Assembly: GCA_965655095.1 (NCBI GenBank)
Contig: OZ296652.1
Location: 61,070,001 to 61,134,000, forward strand
Length of the DNA: 64,000 nucleotides
Direction: 5' to 3'
Source of the DNA: Haplodiscus bocki
Lineage: Eukaryota
A model generated the notes under the pieces. It saw only the letters and a program-made list of their open reading frames with translations, was not told the DNA's origin and searched no databases. The stretch's first letter is position 1. Each line of letters begins with the position of its first letter. Shown here piece by piece: positions 1 to 12,300 of this stretch. The position numbers and the translations under genes were made by a program.

Positions 1-1690
1 AGGAGATGCTGAGTACTATCGTATATTCGATTGAAAACAACTCTTTCGAAGACTTTAGACACATTTGACAGGAGACTAATTGGCCGATATTGCTCAGCTG
101 AGGACCGGTCACCTTCCTTGTAGAGAGGACAGACAATCGATGTTTTCCACTGGGTGGGAAACACGCCCTTATTGAGTATTTTGCGAAATAGTAGACTGAG
201 TGATACATAAAACGTTTCGCTGCAGTTTTACAGAAATATATTCGGTATCTCATCGGGTCCCGTAACCTTTTTGATATTCAGTGACGATAAAATATCTGAC
301 ACTTCTTCAGCAGTACAAGGCATTGGTTCGTCCAAGCATTCCGTCCTGCTACAGGGAACCAATGATTGGTCACGCAGGAAAACACTAGCAAAAAAACGGT
401 TGAGAAGATTCGCCTTTTCGAGGTGAGTCGATGTTGACTCTTGACACCAGTTGATGACAGGTGGCATGATTGTGGCTCTTTTACTATTTTGATATATTTG
501 AAAGCGTCAGAGAAATTCCTTCCAGCAAATGTCTTTTCTGCATAATCCTCTGGATCGAACTGAAGCCTCTCATTGAGAGCAGAGGCACTAGCATCTACCT
601 TTGATTCCAAATTGATCGATGAAGTCTCGCCTAAAGAGCTGCATGCTTTGTTAGCGATATCAGCTTTCTTTTTGATGAGCTTATTCAGCAAAGTGTTATG
701 CCGCTTCATTTGGCTGGACGTTTCAGATGACACCCATGGCGACAAAGATCTTCTGTGTTTAGTTTTCACGGGTATTGTTTTGTTCATTATCCTATTTATC
801 CATATATACCATTCGGAAAGCAGCACATTAGGATTACTCAAGCAAAATGGGGTTTTCGAAAATGACTTTGTTGACAATCACCCAGTCGACGTTCGAAAAG
901 GAGCGCGATTTCCACGAGACAGCTTGTACGGGTTCGTATTTCACCAGGATACTACTTGAGTACGATACATGATCGGAGAACTTTTAATTCCAGTTATCAT
1001 ATAACCGTTTCTCTAGTTCCAGGCAAATACGACTGTTAATGTGCTTGACCTCTGAGCTAATGAGAAACACATCTAGAGACGTTCCACGTATTCATTCAAT
1101 TTCTGCTGAAAACCTAGGTCAACCAGGTTATCAAGGAACAGACTTTAAGAAGGGTCAGTCGATTCCATAAATCCCCAGTTCGCACTACTGAAATTCAGGT
1201 CACCAGTTATAACCATATACTAGTGCGAATGAGTTCCATGTAAAAATAAAACTCGTAGAGTTTTAAAGAAGTCTATTATTTTGGTTGTTGTCCAGTAGTA
1301 GGGGCTATTCTTTGGCGGTATGTAGATACAGGCGATTATACATGAACTACGGCCAATTGAAGCAAATACCACATCACAAGGATGCACCATGTTATTTGCC
1401 AGCTTGGATATTTTGAGCGATTGTTTAAATGCAATCAGTACACCGCCATGACCAGAAGAAAAGTCAATATTTTTTGGCCTGTCGCTTCTAAGGATTGAAA
1501 AATTCAATAAGAATAAAGAATTAGCAGGTACATCATTTGTGAGCTAGGTTTCAGTGATACATAAGATATCGAAGTTCAAGCAGCATATGCTGTTCGCAAA
1601 ACATTGACGGCGTTCAAGATTAAATTATTAAGGTCCCGAAATGAGGTATTAAAAGCAATAATCTTTCGATAGTTCTCTAATTGTGTTAAA
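1..1690 (-). mobile_element. Decayed CR1/L2-type LINE ORF2 (APE endonuclease + start of RT), continues past left edge
   Basis: Fragments ILCITET*L, LRSDR...GHGGVLIA, CIYIPP, GPDEIP, FPTQWK..V.PLYKEG...YRPISLLSNVSKVFE, broken by stops and frameshifts. Confidence 0.9.
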
Positions 1691-3389
1691 TGTAAGGTCC
1701 AGTACAAAAAAATGCTTGATTACACTCCCAAATTATACTTCAATTTTAACCCCAATTACTTCATAAATTTAACTAATTATATTATTCAATGATTTAGAGA
1801 TTTTGCCCTAGGAGATTTTGACCTGATATCGTGTTTTTTGAACTTTTTGCAGAAATAGTAAGCCTTACGAAAATTTTTTTATACAGCCGGGCACTTTTTA
1901 AAAAGCGGCGACTAAAAACCGCAACTTCAGATTCGCACCCTGCTACCTCCAGTAATTCTACCCGGCTGCAACATAACATCGCTCGAAGTGAAATAAACAT
2001 TTGAATGTTCTTAAAGAAACGTAGTAAATACATACCTTGCAAACATGTTTAATGATGAATTCCAATTTTTACATTGTAATCATGCATTTCAAAAACGTCG
2101 TACTTTAAATTTGCTAAATTTCGGATAATAAAATTTTCCATTTTTTTTATTTCCATGTAAAATCTGGTGCATTAACGGTTAGAAAATTCCCAGCAGATGG
2201 CACTATAGAAATCAGTGATTGTACTGAATTTCGTCCCCGCATTCGCAACAACTGGACCTCACTAAATGACCCCCAAACGAAAGAAATGGCAGAGGAAACT
2301 AACCACAACTTTAGCGAAATGTTCCCTCTCCTGACCACCATAGCCGGAAAGCGACTGACTCCTACGCGACATATTGTTCCGTACAGTTGTCAATGATGAC
2401 ATCCTCTTGAAATGATTATTCAGTCAGCGAGGTTTTTGTCATCTCGTCTGTCAATTGTCGTTATATTGACATACATGAACATCTTGAACAACAAGTTTAT
2501 CTAGAGGTATACATACAGACGCCTTATTAAGTTTAGCCTCAATTGTTACGTTTACAAGAAGTATTCCGTTGCTTCTGAAGCAACCGAAATTCAGCAGAAA
2601 CCAGTCACAGGTTTTAATAAACTTGACAGTTATTCCGGAGATTACGCAAAACATGTGTATACTCGCCTCAGAAAATAAGTTTTACTTGATGCAAAAATCT
2701 GATAAAGATGAATAGCGAAAGTTTTTACACCTTAGAGGGATGAAAATTACATTGGTAGCTGGAGTAAATCAAGCAAGGGAACGCCTTCGTAGAAAAAGCC
2801 AAAAAATGCACTGACTCCAAATGCTATAAAATCTAGCTTCTTGAAATATTATACACTCGGGACTCCAATCTTCTAAATCTAGTAAATCTAGTAAAGAACA
2901 GTTATGTTTTCAGCAATGTACAGTATTTATATTCACGTTAGACTTTCTTATACTTGAATGGCCAGAGTCGGCGATTCAAACAATTGCCCGTAAATTATGT
3001 ACTTCTATTTATTGCGGCACTCCTGTCGCTCAGAACCATATTTGAGGAAAAATATAGCGATACACAAACTTTGGTTGCTGTGCTTCCATTCATTTAACAT
3101 CTAACTTCATTTACATTGACCAATAAGTAAGTAGTGCAGGAGGAGAAACATTTCATAGAATGTACTAAAAATTCGCTACAAAAAAACAGAATGTTAAAAC
3201 ATAGGTTCTAAAGCTCACTAAAATCAGCAGCCAAAAGAGCATACTGCCACCGAAAAATTTTGCCGCGAGCACGAAGGAAATGATGCAGCAATCTGCGGCA
3301 AAAGTAGAAAAAGATCAGTTGCAAATATGCAAGATACTGCGATTTCTCAGATTAAAACCCCTAACCACACAAGCCCTGCTCTAAAGCAA

Positions 3390-4960
3390 ACATAACTTCT
3401 GCTTTTAAATGCAGCTCCTAGTCCATCCTCTGATTGACAGCAGGAAAATACAACCCCGAAACCACAGCTTGGAAAAGCTCACGCGTCAGACTGGAAAAAC
3501 TGAAAACTTGTAGTTGTTCTGCAAAAACTCATAGCGACGAAACGTGAACAAATTATTGACGGTTCAGGCCATGTACTACAGCTTTCCTGCAACAAAGTGA
3601 ACAAAACTACCACAGATTAACCCAGTTTGTGACCATAATGCTCGAGAGACTGTCGAAAAACGTAAGTTTTCCCTACATTTTGCGGAACATTCTCTGTTGA
3701 CAGCTCGCCAAGGAAAAATTCGAGAGCCGCATATCGATTGCATGGATGCAAACACTCAAGGAGCATTATGGTTCAACAATTAACCGCAACAGAAGCTAAT
3801 GGGTTGCCTTGACATCCTTGGAGAACGCCCAAGGTTCATTTTTTAAAAGAAATCAGAGAACTCAAATTTTCGGTTGAAAATTTCAGTGGCATAACAAGGT
3901 AACAAAACCCAGAGAAGAAAAATGGACAGCAGAGCACTGTAGGGACCACAAATTGTCTAATCGAAGTAAACGCACGCCAATCGTCAGTCTTGGAAAACGA
4001 CGATTTTACAATAACTAGCATTTTTTTTCCGCTGAAAATTATAATCAATTTCTCTCTCAAACAACGCAACATTCTTCCTCAAACGCTTCAAATATGCCCC
4101 CCCTCCCCAGAAACAAACAGTGAAGGTAAAACAGCCTTTAAAACAATTATTGGAACGTTTGAGAGCATCACAAGCCGAGGGAAGCGAAAAACTGACTTCA
4201 AATATTCGGAAAACACTGGAATTTCAAGGACTTCATAAATTTTTCGCGTTCCTTGACACAAACTGAAACTGGCCGGGAAAAAATTGACAAAAAACTATTG
4301 CACTCCACTCAACCGAATGATCTTCGACCGTTTAATTCAAAACAGTAGCAGTTTCGAGTTTATTCTACGAGCAGGACCCAAAAACAAAGCCTTTGCCCTA
4401 AAAAAATTCCGAAACTTGAATTCTTTGGTACTAACTCACCGAGAAAAAAATCGGCGGCCAAAAACTTGGGATATGATAGATTGCGAACCCATGGTACTGT
4501 TTATCCAAAAACGAGATGAATCCGATCAAAAGTTGCAGAAAAATTTAGATTTGAAGAGATGAAACGTACAGGGATGTAACAGAAACGACATCATTTTGAC
4601 GTGTGCTTGGGCGAAAAGGTTTCGCTCCGATCGCCAAAAACATTGATGCGTCCAGTTTCCACAGGATACTTTCCGTTCTGAATGCTATCAACATCTCAAG
4701 ACGAACGACAGGTTTACACTCAAGGAAGGAGTTAGGCAACATTTGTCGTTGCGTTTTTGTAGTGAACACTTGTTCGATTAAAACAGTTGAACTAATCTGT
4801 TTCAAGACTTAAAAGGTAACGTGGTTGCTTTGTTAAGATATATGTACTTTTAGCCGGAAGATGATAGCCTTGCAGTCGAAACATGTTGCGCAATTCAACA
4901 GAAGCCTCGAAATTTTCTCGACCGAAACACTTGGAAAAATTCTCTTTTTGATCGTTTTAT
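3390..4960 (+). mobile_element. Heavily decayed LINE-like remnant
   Basis: Faint colinear APE/RT-like fragments (LLLLNA, ITSIFFP, IIGTF, LFDRF); many disruptions. Confidence 0.35.
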
Positions 4961-5505
4961 TGCTGCTTTGTGCTTGAAAATTGGACGATGATTTGAGAAG
5001 TCATGAGATCCAGTTTTTCAGCGTTTCTGCGAACATTTTCGAAGTTTTTACCGAATATCTCGTGATGCATAGGAAATACTGGAAACTTTACTGAAACGTT
5101 TCTGTAGATGAGGATGTACTCCAAAACCTTGGCAATCTTCTGGGAAACGAACCTCTGAGTAACGGTCAAAAAAGATATGTACTTTTAGCCGGAAGATGAT
5201 AGCCTTGCAGTCGAAACATGTTGCGCAATTCAAGAGAAGCCTCGAAATTTTCTCGACCGAAAGACTTGGAAAAATTCTCTTTTTGATCGTTTTATTGCTG
5301 CTTTGTGCTTGAAAATTGGACGATGATTTGAGAAGTCATGAGATCCAGTTTTTCAGCGTTTCTGCGAACATTTTCGAAGTTTTTACCGAATATCTCGTGA
5401 TGCATAGGAAATATTGGAAACTTTACTGAAACGTTTCTGTAGATGAGGATGTACTCCAAAACCTTGGCAATCTTGTGGGAAACGAACCTCTGAGTAACGG
5501 TCAAA
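4839..5505. repeat. Head-to-tail tandem duplication, period 335 bp
   Basis: 4839-5170 recurs at 5174-5505; I counted 4 substitutions; produces twin ORFs TVTQRFVS...KQQ. Confidence 0.97.
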
Positions 5506-6190
5506 CAAAAACCAAACCTGCAACTCACTTACCGTGTATCAAGATTGGATATAGCGAATAATTTTGGGTTGTTTTCGACCCCTACTCAGAGGTTTATCTC
5601 CAGAAAATGTATTAAAGCTTTGGATTAAATACGTTTCTACGAAAATGTATCAGTGAATTTTCCGATTTTATTTTGTGCATCACCATTTCTTGGGTAGAAC
5701 CTTCAAAAAAGCCTCAAAACATGTAAAATGTGGGATCTCAAATTTTCTCGAATATTTGTCCAATTTTCAAACAAGAAGCAGCAACTACCACGACATCAAA
5801 AGCTGAGATTATTTCACTCCAATGCTAATTTTCTACATTTGAATTTCGCCCACGAAATTGAGACTTGATTTTTGGCCACTATTGCAAATGATATCGACGA
5901 TTACTTTTGTAGCCTAGTGTATTGATATGGCGAAGATAAGAACGACGCTGTTCTGCATTTGTTAGATCAACGTTCAAGACTTTTGCTCGCGTAAAAAACA
6001 AGTACCCACCAATTGTCTCGAAAAAGTAAATTTTTGACCATTTACATCTCCCTCTAATCACATAAGAAATGAAAGTTTCGGACAAGATACAAAACCACAC
6101 GCAAGCCGGTTTCATTACACATCCTTCCATTCAGTGTAAAGCAATGTAAAAAAACCATAATACATCACTTTTGAAGTCGGCAAAATACTG

Positions 6191-6946
6191 ACCAAGACGG
6201 CCGGCTAGCACCGGCATAAACTCCACGCACCAGTTTTGCTAGAGATCCTTTTGGAACGGATGAAAACAATTTTTTTGAAAAAGCCTGTTTTTCCTCAAAT
6301 TTTGTAATTCTTCCAAATTTAAAAACTTTCCAATTTTTTGCAAAAAGTCACAATTAATGTAGGAAAGACATCAAGAAAAAAAACTCAGGCGCATTCTAAA
6401 GCAAATTTGTCACCCTAACGCATTTTGAACAAAACAGGGGTTTTTTCAAAAAAAACATTCTTATTTTCAGAAAGAAACCAAAAAACCGGCAGGGTTGTCA
6501 AAACTGAATTCTACGTGTCCAGAAGAGCTTCTGAGGATTTTCTTTGGAAAAAATTATAATTTTATATTTTTTTCGGACTTTGAGTGGACTATATTTACTT
6601 GAACAAATCGACTGCATAAAACGATTTTTGAAGGGGCCACGATACTACGAATACTACCGATAACAACTGTACAGAAACTCAGTTAATTCTTCTACATTTA
6701 TATAAAAGTGAGAAACGCCATAATAATTTCATTCACCTGGTACTTGAAATTGGAATACTGGTTCTGAAGTGGCAAGGGCACAGTCAGCACAGCATGTCAA
6801 AGCCGGGAGAAAGGGTCCCGGTTCGAGCCTAAGACGCCCACTCCTCTATTTGGAGAAAATCTAAGAACTTGTGGGAGCTATGAACGGATCCGGAAAAAAA
6901 TTAAGACTGCTATTGCTATAGCACTTGCTTGCGCAAGTGTAAAAAT
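6191..6946. mobile_element. Non-autonomous Helentron/DINE-1-like element (HINE) copy 1
   Basis: Begins CAAGACG-GCCGG-ctagca-CCGGC-ATA hairpin shared with 35953 and 36942; ends CACTTGC-ttgc-GCAAGTG hairpin + TAAAAA; imperfect subterminal inverted repeat 6215-6226/6871-6882; internal GCATTCTAAAGC module shared with 37158. Confidence 0.65.
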
Positions 6947-9022
6947 GCATGAAAACTGAAAGCACTATGGTACTTAGTTTTGGGGTCAGAAAAAGTTTCG
7001 ATGTTGGAAAGCGCGCAATCTTGCATGAATTATTCGATAAAATCCCTTTTCCGGTCCTGACTTATGAATGCAAGTAACATGAAAGTAACCTTTTTAACAA
7101 CTTGATGTTCTCTTAGAACACATAAAACTATTTGTACCACAATCGAGGAAAAAAAGGGACGTCCCATGTCTACGCTACTCGTAAAGGCTTAAAATATTTA
7201 TTAAGCCCATAAGGTTTTGCAAAACTTCAAAGTTTTGTTTTCGCCAAATTTGAAAGATACTTGTAGAAAAAAAAGGAAGCATTACCATTCTTTTGTCTCC
7301 TTCAATTTTTCAAATTTCCGGTGTAGCGAAGAAATGTATTAAAAAGGAATGCTAATTTAGTTCAGAAGTCAAGAATTTCTGCATAGTACGTAATTTTACG
7401 AAGCGAAAAAAAAACAAAACTTAAAATCAGCGACTACAAAAGTATTCAACCACAGGGGAGCGATCAAAGCCAGTAATGCTCGACAAAATAAAAATTTGAT
7501 CAGGGTTTTTCAAGAGGTGACCAGTGAAGCTAGTAATTCTCTAATAGGCCGCACCTTTGGCCATGGTTTTCAAGAATGAGAGAGTACAGCATCTATCGGT
7601 AACATTTTTTTTCAATCATATTCCTGATGTATTCCTACAACTTTTACACTCCATGACAGCTTTATTCACTTCAAATCAAGTCGAAATCAATATAAAAGCG
7701 TTTAATTTGCCCAATTTTTTGCGACCAGTTAATTATCCCTTGTTTTTGATATTTTGCAGAAAAACGTATTTCTTCGCGTAGTTACTGTTGAAAACTGCGA
7801 CACTTTTCTCAAAATTTTGACTTTCCGAGTTCCTAAAATGTTGATGACACACTTTCAAAAGCCATTTTTAGTGTAAAGTGCCAAAAAAACACTTGAATTA
7901 CAATTTAATAAATTTCTTTCTTCATACCTTCTCGTCATACCCCCTTCACGAAACGTCAAAAATTTTGATCTAGCAAGTTTCACAAGAAAAACTCACTGAG
8001 CAGATTACTTTCGAAAAAAAATAAATGTTGCCAAAATTTTTCATTCACGGAAAAAATGACATTCAATTTTTTTCCTGACTCTCCCTCCGCATATACCGCT
8101 ACGAAAGCACCCCAGTTTGAACTGTTTTGTAACAAAATTGCATTGGGCGTTGAATAAATACACTACGCAAAGATGAATAGTCAATTCGCTTCACCAGTTA
8201 CATCAAAATTTGATCAGAACACAGCATAAGACAAGTAAGCTACGGTCACACAGGTTCGAATCCCTCTTGTTTAGACGAAAAGCTTCAAAATTCTGCGATA
8301 TTGGTCGCAGAAGTTTCAACAAACACCATTGTAAAGTAGATACAATTCTATGAAACATTTATTTCGACAATCTTACGATTTTAATCGTTTTTGAGCATAT
8401 AGCAAAGTTCGCATTGTCCGAATCTTTTTTCTCAAATAATAGTATAATCTTTTATCAACTTCTGTACGCTTTGTAACCTGAAAAATCGGTAACTGATATA
8501 TCAAATGTTACATTGCAGAATCAAAAAATGACGAAACTCGAAAACGCAGTCCATTCTACAAATTCAATATTTTTCTGCTCAGTTTTGCTTTATTGATGTG
8601 ATTTTTCCGTCTAAAAATGAGGGATTGACTATTCCATGGAAAACCAAGCAGTATCAGCGCCTCAGAATAACATCTGAAACTTATCCGACTAAAGTTTCAA
8701 TTAAAAAGATTGATTAAATGATTTCGAGTTGCAAATTCATCAAATCCAAACCAGTGTAAAATCAAGCAAATTATTCACTTGCGGTACAAGATTCGAAGAA
8801 ATTTCTCTTTAAATTCTTCAACTTTCAATAAATAATGAACAATCCAATAAATTTCTGAATGCAGAAGTATATGAAATAGAATATCAAATGAAATGAAACT
8901 AATATAAACAACTCTTTGTATAGATAATCACATTTAATAATTACTTTTGCAATGTTTACTTTTTGGGGTCTGACGTTGGGGGAACTTAAAATATTTCTCT
9001 TCAGGAAGAATAGAGGAAAGCT

Positions 9023-9028
9023 TTTATT
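9023..9028 (-). promoter_or_regulatory. Candidate polyadenylation signal of DENND4
   Basis: AATAAA on minus strand about 145 nt after the stop codon; such hexamers are common in AT-rich DNA. Confidence 0.4.
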
Positions 9029-9172
9029 TTAATACAGGACGCATGTGCATACTAATTGTACGTGAATCTTTACATCTGCCGTGGGACAGGACGGGGTGAC
9101 ATGTCAGATCATATCAGGGTAGTGATGGTGATTGGAGCAAGGAGAGGCGGGAATGGAGTCGGATCTTCCTAA

Positions 9173-9315
9173 CTAAATTTGGAGCCCGCCAAAACAAGAT
9201 GCGAAATCCACAGCCAGCTGCGACAGGGGTATGTCTTGTATGTGCATCTTGCTTTGATAGTATGTCTGCTCTTTTATTTTCAGATATGCTTCGTTGTAGC
9301 TCGAAAAAAAGGCAT
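9173..9315 (-). CDS. DENND4: DENND4 terminal exon 20
   Basis: TTTTCAG acceptor; DAFFSSYNEAY...DIPLS...CFGGLQI* (cf. DAFDxEYxxAY...DxPP...FG). Confidence 0.88.
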
Positions 9316-12300
9316 CTGAAAATAAAACCACATGTTGAACTAAAAAATTTCTACATTTGAATGATGGCTCATCGCATATACTACAGCGGTTTTTCACATT
9401 AGCTTTTGCAGAAGAGATTTGTTTCACAAACTCACTGCGACACCATAACGAGCAGCATAGTGCTATTGCTTAGTTAGAGTATTTCATTCCAATTCATTTC
9501 GTTTATAACCCGAGACATTCAAATCAACCAACACTAGAGAATGCTTGTACGCTCAATCTAACCTATGTTGATACGTTTAGAGTTGAGAGCGGATATAGCC
9601 GTGAACAGCATTTCTCTGTGGATTCCCCTTCGATTCGGGTTGGGTGCCAAGTCCACACTGGGTCTAGATCTGGTTAGGTACATCAGAACCTCCTGGATCA
9701 CAGCATCCATCTCCCTCTCACGAAAAATTGCATCTAAAAACAGTTTCATATTCTAATAAAAATATACACCTTTGCCTCAAATCCTGGGAACCGACTAAAT
9801 CAGTCACTCACGTCCCCACAAAAAAACTATTCAATGAAGTTTATAGAATTATATATTAAAGATCTGGTACACCAAAAAATACAAAACGAAACTTGAAATG
9901 TCCTCCATCATATTCGAACTCAGAGGGGAAGCGGAACTTTGCAACGCATTTTGACCTGCCAGTTGAGATAACGGATAATGAAAGACAACTGACACCATGA
10001 TCAGAGAAGTGATTGATACTTCAGAAAAATATTACACCAGCAGTCAATCAAGAGTTTGATCGAAAAAGTTAAGCACAACCTAGTGTCAAAAAAATTTGCA
10101 GAAATGATACACAGACCAAAAAACCAAAAACCAAAGCGAAAGAGACAGAATGTTCAAATAAACACAGGCTTCTTAATAGGCAGGAAATTTCAAGGCAGAT
10201 GTCTACGTACAAAAGAAGTCTACTTGAAAACAATGATAATCCTGAAACGAATTTGAAATTATATCAGAGATTTAAAAGACACTTTAGCAGTTGTCAGTCA
10301 GAACATGGTTCAAAAAAGTCAAGTTGAGACAAGTACCCATCATAGTTTTACATAATCGAGCATTTGAGTTGTCAATCATGTATTTCCAGGTTACGTCATT
10401 ATTCATCCAATCTTCACAAGTAAGAGATTGCACAGTAAACAACGCAAAAATGAACAATTTACTGTCCACACTCGCGTATTCAAAAAATCGATAGGTCAAA
10501 ATTGCACCTTTCAGACACCATTTTGAACCAATGTTTAAAAATTTAGTACTTTTTTGAAAGCGAAAATACCGGCTAAATCTCTCAAATAGGCGATTGTCAC
10601 CGTTTAAACAAGATGACTGCAGCACTGAAGTGAAACAAGTGAACTGCTGAGCAAAAACTAACGAGAGTTTAGAGGCCAATTTCTCAAAGCACAAAAATTC
10701 TTCAAGCAACAAAAGCAAATTGGATTCTTCTAAAATTTCATTAGTCTTCTTTGTTTTAAAATTCCACCGATGGTTAAAAAGCTGAGAACATCTGTCGGGC
10801 ACGAAAATTTCAGTAAACTATTGTTTGAGGGGGTATCACAAAAAAGATGACGGAAAATTTTTGTCTCATAATATCGAAAAAATCGTGAGGGCCCTTTTAG
10901 TGTTTCTGGTATCAAAAAACTTTATGCATAATGGGGATATCGCAACTTTTCGTCGGATTATTTTTGTCTCTGAAAATTTCTGGGTGTTTCTGAAAATTTC
11001 CGACGGTGACCAATTGTCGGGCGCCAAATTTTGGGTGAAGCACAGTGGGGCGTGGAGTATCAAAAAAGATGTCGAAAACTTAATCGCGTCACGGAAAAAA
11101 ATCCGTGATAGGGGCCTTTTTGGTGTTTTGGAGTTCTTACTTCACCGTCCCTGTTATAGACTGAAAAATATTGTGCCATGGGAAAAAAGACAATTCGTTA
11201 TGATCTTCAAGAAAAACAAAGTGAACACAGAGTCTAACAGAGCCCTGACTAAAAAGTCAAGGCTACTCTGTTATTGGCTTTTTTATCGAATTTAGCAGTT
11301 GGTATCAAAAATGTCATCACTGAAGAGAACGTTTCTGGAACATTTTTCAGGTTTCAATCTCATAAAACATGAGGCTTTTACTATTTTCAACAGACGCAAA
11401 GTAGAGCTTCGCAAAACTTTCGCCAATGGAACAGTACACAACAAATTGAACAAGTATAACTGGTTTTTGAAAGGGCCACGGTTTTACAAAAGCAACTGAT
11501 AGAACGAAGAAACAAAAATTTTCTAGACTGTTACTTTTTATTAATTTATTTACAAGTGTAAAAAATACGAATGACTATAGCAGCCAATTTGCTTTAAATT
11601 TAAAAGCAGCTCGCACGCTGGAAAAAAAGACCACGTGAACAAACTTTTGCGGCTGCGCGAGAGCATGAAAAAAATCTAGATATATTAGAATCTAGGAACA
11701 AATGCAAGTTGTGAAGGATCAGGGATCGGAAAAAAAACAGAGGCCAGTGATATACAACTTGCTTTCGCAAGTTCAACACAGAAGCGATGGAGCTTTGCAT
11801 AGCTAGTGAGATAAATCCCGCCAATTTTCAGAGAACTTTGATTAGTGCCACCCTTAAACACGGCAAAGTCTGTCGAAAACAATATGCAAACTTATCGAAA
11901 CGAGGTTCCACTTCAGAGGAAAAAACTGAAATTTGCCAGACTCTCAACAAACCGTTTCTGTGATTTTTGCCGAAGACTGCAAAGTTTTATTGCCAACGAA
12001 AGGGCGAAAGAAGTTCCATTGAAAAATTTTGTTATATTTTAGGCTTGTTATTCGAGAACCACACCAAACATGAGCACCCACTCATGGCTCCGAGAGTTGA
12101 TTACCATCAGTAATTAAGCTCAAAAAATGTAACAAAAGAACTTGTGTTAAAACCTTTATTGATGCAATTGTAGCCAAAAGACTGATTTGGGCGGTAGAAG
12201 AACCAGAACTACGAGAAAAATCGCAAACTAGCGCAGTTTCAGGTTGACTCTGCAGCATAAAAAGTACCTTTCTGCATGAAACAAAAAAAAACAGAAGTCT

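Noticed and set aside
2147-2654. Coding-looking segment
   Set aside because: Interrupted in the frames examined; no motif recognised.
8253-8264. Perfect B-box GGTTCGAATCCC
   Set aside because: No A-box or cloverleaf upstream; isolated motif.
9734-9752. Upstream alternative acceptor/ATG for exon 19
   Set aside because: Phase 0, incompatible with the phase-1 donor of exon 18.
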